A DNA stretch of 32,000 nt, taken from assembly GCF_003367075.2 (NCBI RefSeq), contig NZ_CP065936.1:990001-1022000 (forward strand), given 5' to 3'. Shown one piece after another: positions 16,579 to 23,301 of this stretch (the stretch's first letter is position 1; each line of letters starts with the position of its first letter). The position numbers and the translations under genes are program-made. Source of the DNA: Cylindrospermopsis raciborskii Cr2010 (GTDB taxonomy: Bacteria > Cyanobacteriota > Cyanobacteriia > Cyanobacteriales > Nostocaceae). Below the pieces are notes generated by a model, which saw nothing but the letters and a program-made list of their open reading frames with translations, was not told where the DNA came from and did no database searches.

Positions 16579-19095
16579 ATGACCCGACGCATCATTGTTA
16601 GTCTACCGGAGTGGAGTCTGGGAGGCGCTCACATCTGTGCTGCCAACTTGGTTCGGGGTCTACGGGCCAGAGGAGAAGATGCCCGTCTGTTGTTAACCGA
16701 GGAACACACCCCCCTGGTCAATCATCCCCGCTATATTCCACCGCTACCTGCTGATTTACCCATTGAACTGATTCGCCTTACCTCCCATGACCATTGGAGC
16801 GATGCCTGGATGGCGATTGAAAGGTTCCTGGAGGAACAGGCTCCCTGCATCTATGTTCCCGTTGTTGATTTTCGTTCTACTTGCATTACAGCCCGCCTCT
16901 CCTCCCGGGTCGTGGTTGTGGCAACCATGATGACGGACTATCGATTAGAGTACGAACATGTGGAGCGATTGGTTCGCCACTGGGATGCGGTAGTGGCTGT
17001 GAACTCAGCCATTCAGCGGCGGGCGGCCCTCTGGGTGCCCTGGCTGGCGGCTAACCTGGTCACGATTCCCATCTGTGTACCCATGCCCGGTGATGTACCC
17101 ATCCGCTCAGCCCAGGGCAAACTCCGGTTGGTATACCATGGTAGGTTATGCCAGTACCAAAAGCGCAGCCTCGACTTCATCGATCTGCTTGAGCAACTTG
17201 AAGTCCGTAGTGTAAATTTTTGTCTTACCCTAATCGGCGATGGTGAGTGCCGTCCAGCCCTTGAAAAGGCAGCGACCCGGTTTATCTCCGATGGACGCTT
17301 GGTACTATCAGGTACCCTTCCCTACGAGCAAACCCTGGAGGCCCTCAGGCATCAGGACGTTTATATCCTGCCTTCAGAATTTGAAGGCACTCCCAATGCC
17401 CTGCTAGAGGCAATGGCCTATGGTTGTGTACCCGTGGTTTCCGACATCGAAACCCTAACGGATATCGTAGCCGAGGGTAAGACAGGATTTCGCTGTGCGA
17501 TCGGAGATATGCAGGCCTTTGCTGCGGCTGTGGCTCGACTAGCCGCTGACCCGGTGGAACGAGTCGCCATGGCTGAGCGGGCCGCGACCAGTGTACGTCA
17601 GCTTGGCTACGACCTGGAAACCATGATTGATCGGTGGCAAGCCCTATTTGATCGCCTGGAGACCCGTACCAGACATGCCCGATATCGTCCCCGTGGCTTT
17701 ATGACTGCCCCCCCCGCTACCTTTGGTGGAGTTTCAATCCTGCCAGGTGAGTACAGTTCCTTCGCACGACTGGTGAATCAGGTTCCCCTCTGGCCTGAAC
17801 CCCGGACCGCCACTCGGGTAAGCCAGCACCACCGCCCCCATATCGCGCCCCTCAGTGAGCATCGCATCATTCTAGCCACCACAAAAGGTCGCATTAGTGG
17901 TGTTGATGTTTTTGCGATAAACCTAGTTCAGGCACTTCTGTCTCGCGGTCTAAAGGCGGAGATTTTAGTTACCCGTCCCGATGAAAAGGTTCCAGATCCA
18001 ATGCCCTTTCCAGATCATATACCCGTACGTACCCTTGCTGTTGAACCAGGGAGCAGTTGGCAAAAACGATGGGCGCTGCTACGCCGTACCCTCATAGAAC
18101 ATAGTCCCTGCATCTACATTCCCAACTATGACTGGTACCATTCTGGCATCTGCGGTACTCTACCAGCAACTGTAAAGGTGATTGGTATTGCCCACAGCGA
18201 TGACCCCGCTCACTATGCCCACTGTTTGAAGCTCGGGTCTACCTGGAACGGGATAGTAGCTGTTAGTAAGGTAGTTGCCAATCATATTAGGGATCTGGCC
18301 CCTGAGTTGGCAGACAGATTATACACTATTCCCTATGGTGTGGGTCTGCCTTCCTCTCCCATAAGTACCGTGCGATCACCCCATGCGCCCCTGCGATTAC
18401 TCTATGCTGGTCGGTTAATCCGTTATCAGAAGCGGGTGTTTGACCTACTGTGTATCCTTGATGCTTTAGCAACCCGTAATGTGTCTGTGGAACTCACTGT
18501 TGTGGGCAGTGGTCCGGAGGAGCGGGAATTTCTCCAGTCCTCGGCCCAGTCCCTAGTCAGTGGCAGGATGCGCTTCATGGGGGGTATGGCGAACCACCAC
18601 GTGCAAACGCTGATGGTACAGGCAGATATTTTTCTGTTACCATCGGCCTTTGAGGGGTTGCCTGTGAGCCTTTTGGAGGCTATGGCCCACGGTACTATAC
18701 CCGTGGTAACCCACTCTCGTAGTGGGGTAGATGAGGTCATACGCCACGGTGAAAATGGTTTTTTAGTAGCCGTGGGTGATATAGATGCCTTTGCTAACTA
18801 CATTACCCATCTGTCCGAAAACCCTCAACAGATGGCGCAGATGGCACAGGCAGCCCGCCAGACTATTGAAACCGGGGGATTTACCATTCATGCCATGACG
18901 GAGTCTTATCTGCACCTAATGGAGCAGATAGTGTCACAGCCCTTCTCCCGTCCAGTCACAGGCATACTTCCCCCAGAGGATATACGAGGCTGGCGTTCGT
19001 GGCTACCACCGGAGCTTCCTAGTCCAACTGTTGCTGTTCAAAGTCTGAGAAAACGGGTCGAACTAATATTAAAGGGGCTAGGATCCTATTTCTAG
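16579..19095 (+). CDS. Bi-domain family 4 glycosyltransferase (two complete GT-B/GT4 modules in one 838-aa protein)
   Basis: There are two EX7E regions: PSEFEGTPNALLEAMAYGCVPVVSD and PSAFEGLPVSLLEAMAHGTIPVVTH. Each is preceded by its own Rossmann-like N-domain. A GGAGA RBS lies upstream. Confidence 0.85.
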   Translation: MTRRIIVSLPEWSLGGAHICAANLVRGLRARGEDARLLLTEEHTPLVNHPRYIPPLPADLPIELIRLTSHDHWSDAWMAIERFLEEQAPCIYVPVVDFRSTCITARLSSRVVVVATMMTDYRLEYEHVERLVRHWDAVVAVNSAIQRRAALWVPWLAANLVTIPICVPMPGDVPIRSAQGKLRLVYHGRLCQYQKRSLDFIDLLEQLEVRSVNFCLTLIGDGECRPALEKAATRFISDGRLVLSGTLPYEQTLEALRHQDVYILPSEFEGTPNALLEAMAYGCVPVVSDIETLTDIVAEGKTGFRCAIGDMQAFAAAVARLAADPVERVAMAERAATSVRQLGYDLETMIDRWQALFDRLETRTRHARYRPRGFMTAPPATFGGVSILPGEYSSFARLVNQVPLWPEPRTATRVSQHHRPHIAPLSEHRIILATTKGRISGVDVFAINLVQALLSRGLKAEILVTRPDEKVPDPMPFPDHIPVRTLAVEPGSSWQKRWALLRRTLIEHSPCIYIPNYDWYHSGICGTLPATVKVIGIAHSDDPAHYAHCLKLGSTWNGIVAVSKVVANHIRDLAPELADRLYTIPYGVGLPSSPISTVRSPHAPLRLLYAGRLIRYQKRVFDLLCILDALATRNVSVELTVVGSGPEEREFLQSSAQSLVSGRMRFMGGMANHHVQTLMVQADIFLLPSAFEGLPVSLLEAMAHGTIPVVTHSRSGVDEVIRHGENGFLVAVGDIDAFANYITHLSENPQQMAQMAQAARQTIETGGFTIHAMTESYLHLMEQIVSQPFSRPVTGILPPEDIRGWRSWLPPELPSPTVAVQSLRKRVELILKGLGSYF

Positions 19096-19154
19096 GGCTT
19101 TAAGGAAAATTACCTGCTAATACAGTTCATTAACCATAGCTAATTTCCATTACC

Positions 19155-19931
19155 ATGGCCATATCAAAACGTCGCACCTTCAAAGATTCGGTTCTTCAGG
19201 CAGCCTTCCGAACCCAGGGCTATGTGGTAGTAAATTTGGATGAATCGGAGAAAATGAATCGCTTAGCTGAGGCTTATCGAAGTCTCTATCCATACAATCA
19301 GGAAGGTTGTGTATTTTCCTGTCATGATACGGATTGCAATCGCCGGTTCAAGGCACAAAACTTCGTGCGTCAAGTGATTGGGGAAAAAGCATCGGTTTTT
19401 TTGGATAATTACAAATTTGTCAATAGTTCCTTTGTTGCCAAATACCCTGGTGAAAATGGTGCAATCCCCCCACATACTGACTTCACCCTTGTAGACGATA
19501 GGTACTACTCTGCCGTGTCCATCTGGGTCCCTTTGACGGAAACCACTGCTGCTGCAGGACGCTTGCATGTATTACCAGGATCCCATCGTTATACACCCCT
19601 ATGTGGGTCAAATCTTTTCAGAAAGTATACAGACATCAAACTCTCCAGCATGACAGAGATTGAGCTGGAGATTGGACAGGCTGTCTGTTACGACCCGCGA
19701 ACCATTCACGCCTCCCCTGCCAACACATCATCGAGTCCCCGGATTGCCGGAAATTGTGTGCTGATCCCAGAGGAAGCTGACCTCTGGCATGTAACTTGTC
19801 AAGATCAGGACATTCTGATCTATGCCGTTGACGATGGCTTCTACAGTGGCCTAGGCCTCACAATTACTCACAAGCTATTGAGCAATTACAGAGTCATTCA
19901 TGCGGAACACTTTGAAAGATTCGTCCTTTAA
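19155..19931 (+). CDS. PhyH-fold Fe(II)/2OG dioxygenase, paralogue 4 (canonical triad)
   Basis: The triad is H107-T-D109 (PPHTDF) with the distal His in DPRTIHASPANTSSSPR. Other family blocks are SIWVPLTE and RLHVLPGSHR. Confidence 0.7.
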   Translation: MAISKRRTFKDSVLQAAFRTQGYVVVNLDESEKMNRLAEAYRSLYPYNQEGCVFSCHDTDCNRRFKAQNFVRQVIGEKASVFLDNYKFVNSSFVAKYPGENGAIPPHTDFTLVDDRYYSAVSIWVPLTETTAAAGRLHVLPGSHRYTPLCGSNLFRKYTDIKLSSMTEIELEIGQAVCYDPRTIHASPANTSSSPRIAGNCVLIPEEADLWHVTCQDQDILIYAVDDGFYSGLGLTITHKLLSNYRVIHAEHFERFVL

Positions 19932-21106
19932 GTTACCTTAAAGTCTTTCTGACAAATGACAATGTAGCTTAAAGAAGTACACCAAACTATACTTTGTATT
20001 ATTTGGGCATGAATTGAATAGGTAATAAAGGTAGGAATCAATAGAGTTAAGCAAAGCAAGATTAATACTAAGAGGTTAAATCTATTTGGTCTTTTAAAAT
20101 TTAGCTCGATTATTGCTAATAACAGGAAAACTAACATCACATTATCATAAATTAGATGATAGGTCCATAGTCGACCTATTCCAGAAGCAATAGCAAAGAG
20201 AAAGAGCAAAGAGCAATCCTTAAATAAATAAAATAACCACACAGTAACAACAGTAGCAACTATAGCTAATAAAATTGTTGCTAAGAGTGGGTTAATTCCA
20301 AACTTGAGCAGAACATTGATTCCCGAATATCCTCTATCAACATAATATTGGGAAACCTTAACAACTTTCTCAATCATATAAATAGGAGAAACTTTTACAA
20401 TTAATCCTATTATTGAACTAGAAACCACAATATATAAACAGCAAGCTATGACCGCATTAATTCTTTTCTTGATGATGGGAATAAAAAAGTAAAGGGCAGA
20501 AATATTTGGTTTGAGTAAAGCCAACCCTAAAATTAACCCAGCTGATATGTTAGCATTGCCCTGCAATAGCCAAAACATTAGTACTAATAAAGCATTGATA
20601 ATAATGCCATATTGTCCAATACCCAGAGTAGTGGTATGAGTACCAAGTGACAAACAAGTAACTATTGTAAACCAGGCTTTTAATTTTCCATAGGGTTTGC
20701 CGATTTGATAAGCAAAAATGGCTAAAATAACTAGAGAGATGGCATTTAAAAGAACATGATACCACAGGGTTAATTCAAAAGGAATGGGTGGGAAAAATAT
20801 GAAACCTGAGAAAAAAGCCCAAGCTGGATATCCCCCAGATGTTACAGCACCCAGTTGAGGATCTATCAAAGGTGAACCGTTGGTAATATCATAGGGATAT
20901 AAACCATAATAAATATACCTTTGTTCTTTCCAACGAGTATATAAATCTGTAGATTGTGCATTTATTATCAATTTATAAAAACCTATGATAAGGTAAAGAA
21001 AACAGAGTATGCTTAAAGCTGCGGATAGGCCAAAGATAATTTTTGAGGGGGTAAGCTTTTTAAAAAACAGTAGTTTATTCATTCTCTTGCTTAAAACTGA
21101 CTTCAT
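19928..21106 (-). CDS. Polytopic membrane protein, GT-C-like (DUF2029/GT87-like polyprenyl-phosphate-sugar-dependent glycosyltransferase candidate)
   Basis: It has ~11-12 hydrophobic helices. The first-loop motif is STDLYTRWKEQRYIYYGLYPYD (D..Y......G..pY pattern). The gene is very AT-rich. An alternative start is at 21082. Confidence 0.45.
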   Translation of the reverse strand: MKSVLSKRMNKLLFFKKLTPSKIIFGLSAALSILCFLYLIIGFYKLIINAQSTDLYTRWKEQRYIYYGLYPYDITNGSPLIDPQLGAVTSGGYPAWAFFSGFIFFPPIPFELTLWYHVLLNAISLVILAIFAYQIGKPYGKLKAWFTIVTCLSLGTHTTTLGIGQYGIIINALLVLMFWLLQGNANISAGLILGLALLKPNISALYFFIPIIKKRINAVIACCLYIVVSSSIIGLIVKVSPIYMIEKVVKVSQYYVDRGYSGINVLLKFGINPLLATILLAIVATVVTVWLFYLFKDCSLLFLFAIASGIGRLWTYHLIYDNVMLVFLLLAIIELNFKRPNRFNLLVLILLCLTLLIPTFITYSIHAQIIQSIVWCTSLSYIVICQKDFKVT

Positions 21107-21121
21107 GAGTAAAGATTATTA

Positions 21122-21195
21122 TAGCCAACTTACTTAAAGCTGCTGCGCCTTTTTCCAGTAGCATTTCCAGTCTATCCAGTGCCATCGCACCCTTT
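21122..21195 (-). pseudogene. Diverged fragment of an aroE-like 3' end
   Basis: It aligns to aroE at 23382-23455, with ~85% identity over the best 61 nt by hand. Its translation GAMALDRLEMLLEKGAAALSKL compares with aroE GAIALDGLEMLVQQGAAALKLW. Confidence 0.6.
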
Positions 21196-21426
21196 GGGTA
21201 AGCTAAATATACTTTGAGCAGCTGCAATGGCATCAATAGTCGTTTCTGCAATTTTGACTCCGCCAACTTGTGAGCGGTCTTTGGCATACACCTGGGATTT
21301 CAGCACAATTGGGTAGGGGATTTTTAACCTTTTTAAATCTGTGGGGTGGTCAATTCTTTGAGATGGTAATACGGGAATTCCTATCTTGTTAAACCACTCC
21401 TTAACTTGATACTCGAGTAAGTCCAT
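21196..21426 (-). pseudogene. Duplicated sucC 5' fragment (first ~77 codons only)
   Basis: It encodes MDLLEYQVKEWFNKIGIPVLPSQRIDHPTDLKRLKIPYPIVLKSQVYAKDRSQVGGVKIAETTIDAIAAAQSIFSLP, near-identical to the N-terminus of the 1099..2313 product. Homology stops abruptly at 21196. Confidence 0.9.
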
Positions 21427-21527
21427 TATATATACCTTTTTGCGTTAAAAATTAATTTTATTTGATTAACGGAATAGATGTTTTTCCGAGTTCTACCATT
21501 CTAGGAGAAATACTACAAAGGTTTCAA

Positions 21528-21585
21528 CTACTGGATAACAGTAAAATTATTTACTACGTATTCGATTAGCTGTTCTAAGCTTTCC
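21528..21585 (-). pseudogene. Duplicated cysC 3' fragment (last ~19 codons)
   Basis: It matches 2416-2473 and ends abruptly at 21585. Confidence 0.85.
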
Positions 21586-21587
21586 GG

Positions 21588-21623
21588 TCAACCTACTCGA
21601 GGGTGCCTTCTCCGCTCTCCGCA
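21588..21623 (+). pseudogene. Fragment of the UPF0175 gene 5' region
   Basis: A 36-nt match (2 mismatches) to 22863-22898, which encodes ..LNLPEGAFSALR. Confidence 0.75.
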
Positions 21624-21635
21624 AGAAAGGGAAAG

Positions 21636-21661
21636 TTTTTAAAAACCCCTCTCCCAGGGGT
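21636..21661 (-). terminator. Intrinsic terminator candidate downstream of the Uma2 gene
   Basis: On the minus strand it reads ACCCCT-GGGAG-AGGGGT followed by TTTT. Confidence 0.45.
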
Positions 21662-21681
21662 ATTTCGGTCCAGGTAATAGT

Positions 21682-22569
21682 TTATTCGAGTGTAGTAATA
21701 TCAATACCCTTAGCTTTTAATTGTGCTAGTAAGGTTTGATACTTTTGTTGTTCCTGCTCTTTAAGAAATCTTTCTTGTTCTTTAAGCAGTTTTTCCCGTT
21801 CTGCACGCTGAGTTTCCTGTTCTTTAAGCAGTTTTTCCCGTTCTGCACGCTGAGTTTCCTGTTCTTTAAGCATTTTTTCCCGTTCTGCACGTTGATTTGC
21901 TTGTTCTCGAAGAAATTTTTCCTGTTCTGCATAATTGCTCAACTCTACAGGACTAAGAAACCTACCACCGTCTGGATAATAGATGACTAATTCATCTCCC
22001 GTCATATCAAACCGTACATCCAATCTTGGACTAGTCCAAACACTAAAATCCTTAATCTCTTTAAATAAATTATTTTCTCTAATAGATACTTCTAGACTAA
22101 TCCTATCTGGGTCATACACATAATACTCTTCTACTCCATGTTTCAGATAAAACAGCTTTTTTTTGTCCATTTCATCTTGAGTATTCCCGGGAGATAAAAT
22201 TTCAAAAACCACCTGGGGAGGAATATTATCCTCCTCCCACTGTCGATAAGACCCCCGGTGTGCCTTGGGTCTCCCAAACACCACCATGGTATCGGGAGCT
22301 AGTTTAATTTTGTTGCTCCCCTCTATTGGATACCAAAATAAGTCCCCAGCTACAAACACATGTGGATTAGACTTAAATAGTATTTCCAGATTCTCTTTGA
22401 TTTTGACAATCCATGTGAATTGTTTAGTGTTATCCGCCATGGGTTCACCATCACTTTCTGGGTAGACAATTTCAGGGACGATTGTCTCTCCAAGCTGATT
22501 TTTATTAGATTTTATCACCCCTAGTTGAGTTTTTGGTGGAACTTGCCTCACCATATCTATACCTCCCAT
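21682..22569 (-). CDS. Uma2-family (DUF820) PD-(D/E)xK endonuclease-like protein with a repetitive coiled-coil tail
   Basis: Motifs are PESDGEPMADNT, VFVAGDLFWYP, APDTMVVFG, VVFEILSPGNT and HGVEEYYVYDP. The tail is made of EQETQRAEREKLLK repeats. Confidence 0.85.
   Translation of the reverse strand: MGGIDMVRQVPPKTQLGVIKSNKNQLGETIVPEIVYPESDGEPMADNTKQFTWIVKIKENLEILFKSNPHVFVAGDLFWYPIEGSNKIKLAPDTMVVFGRPKAHRGSYRQWEEDNIPPQVVFEILSPGNTQDEMDKKKLFYLKHGVEEYYVYDPDRISLEVSIRENNLFKEIKDFSVWTSPRLDVRFDMTGDELVIYYPDGGRFLSPVELSNYAEQEKFLREQANQRAEREKMLKEQETQRAEREKLLKEQETQRAEREKLLKEQERFLKEQEQQKYQTLLAQLKAKGIDITTLE
21780..21905. repeat. Three tandem 42-bp (14-codon) repeats inside the Uma2 gene tail
   Basis: The units are 21780-21821, 21822-21863 and 21864-21905. 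The first two are identical. Degenerate partial units flank them. Confidence 0.9.
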
Positions 22570-22742
22570 TGACTTTGGTACTGACTCAATCGGTTTAACT
22601 TACTATAACATGGCTTCTGTAGAAATGTGTTTCGTACCCCCACTTAAAATTAATTGAGTTGATTAAATCTAATATCTTTACTCATGCTTGAGAGCGATCG
22701 CCTCCTGAATTATGCCAAAAAAACCATCTATCTAAATATCAC

Positions 22743-22846
22743 GCTTGACTTACTCAACAAAGTTAGATAAATTAGGGTTATAATCATGTGCTGAGCCTTG
22801 ATTGTCTTCATGATCCCAGTTCGTATAAACCAGACTCGCCCACCTA
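22743..22846 (+). repeat. Right copy of the promoter/5'-leader module (see 3214-3366)
   Basis: See the left copy. This copy ends at the UPF0175 start codon. Confidence 0.8.
22745..22773 (+). promoter_or_regulatory. Sigma70-like promoter candidate of the UPF0175 gene (TTGACT-17 nt-TAAATT)
   Basis: The hexamers and spacing are identical to those at 3216-3244. Confidence 0.45.
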
Positions 22847-23098
22847 ATGATTCAAATTCAACTCAACCTACCCGAGGGTGCCTTCTCTGCTCTCCGCAGC
22901 ACCCCAGAGGAGTTCGCTCAAGAATTGCTTATCGCTGGCGTAGTTAAGTGGTATGAAATTGGCATGATCTCCCAATCCAAAGCTGTCGAAATTGCTGGCA
23001 TCAGTCGTCAGTCTTTTTTACAGGCCCTTGAGCGATTTGGAGTTTCCCCATTTCAGACTACCTTAGAAGAACTCACGGAGGAAATTAACCGTGGTTAA
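22847..23098 (+). CDS. UPF0175-family small protein (antitoxin-like partner of DUF3368 PIN-like proteins)
   Basis: The 83-aa ORF has IQLNLPE...ELLIAGVVKWYEIGMISQSKAVEIAGISRQSFLQALERFGVSPF, typical of UPF0175. A DUF3368-like reading frame follows it. Confidence 0.7.
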   Translation: MIQIQLNLPEGAFSALRSTPEEFAQELLIAGVVKWYEIGMISQSKAVEIAGISRQSFLQALERFGVSPFQTTLEELTEEINRG

Positions 23099-23255
23099 GC
23101 GTTGGGTAGTCAATGCCTCCCCGATTATCAGCCTAGTCAAAATTAATCGCATACATTATTTACTCAGTGAACTGTGTTTAGAAAAGCTGATACAAGTTGG
23201 TTTACGCATTAGTCCGACTATCCTTGCTCATGCGATCGCTCTGGCAAAAGAGTAG
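23091..23255 (+). pseudogene. Truncated DUF3368 (PIN-like toxin) remnant, 54 codons
   Basis: A GTG start overlaps the UPF0175 stop. The N-terminus VVNASPIISLVKINRIHYL resembles the DUF3368 start (..D.SPLI.LAKI..L.LL). The frame then reaches a C-terminus-like GLRISPTILAHAIALAKE. Intact family members are ~150 aa. Confidence 0.5.
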
Positions 23256-23301
23256 TAATAAGCTGTCGTGCAGCTAGAACGTATAAAATGAGCGGTAAAA
23301 T

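Noticed and set aside
2416-19931. cysC plus 2OG-type oxygenases as a saxitoxin/cylindrospermopsin-like toxin cluster (those clusters contain an APS kinase and PhyH/2OG enzymes)
   Set aside because: The window has no PKS/NRPS, amidinotransferase, sulfotransferase, Rieske oxygenase or carbamoyltransferase. The context is glycosyltransferases plus a Wzm/Wzt exporter. cysC has host composition and belongs to the conserved flank.
21075-21426. ORF-track products 21075..21287 (70 aa) and 21172..21426 (84 aa) as real genes
   Set aside because: Both are read-throughs of the fragment mosaic (aroE-like piece plus sucC 5' piece). The 84-aa product is just the first ~77 sucC codons running into junk. They are treated as pseudogene fragments.
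21780-21905. Regular 42-bp tandem repeats as a possible CRISPR array or non-coding satellite
   Set aside because: The units are directly adjacent, with no spacers. They lie in frame inside the Uma2 ORF, where they encode a 14-aa coiled-coil repeat. No cas genes are present.
22783-22814. Hairpin (ATCATG...CATGAT) in the UPF0175 leader as a conserved RNA structure shared with the left module copy
   Set aside because: The left copy (3302-3333) changes one arm without a compensatory change in the other, so there is no covariation support.
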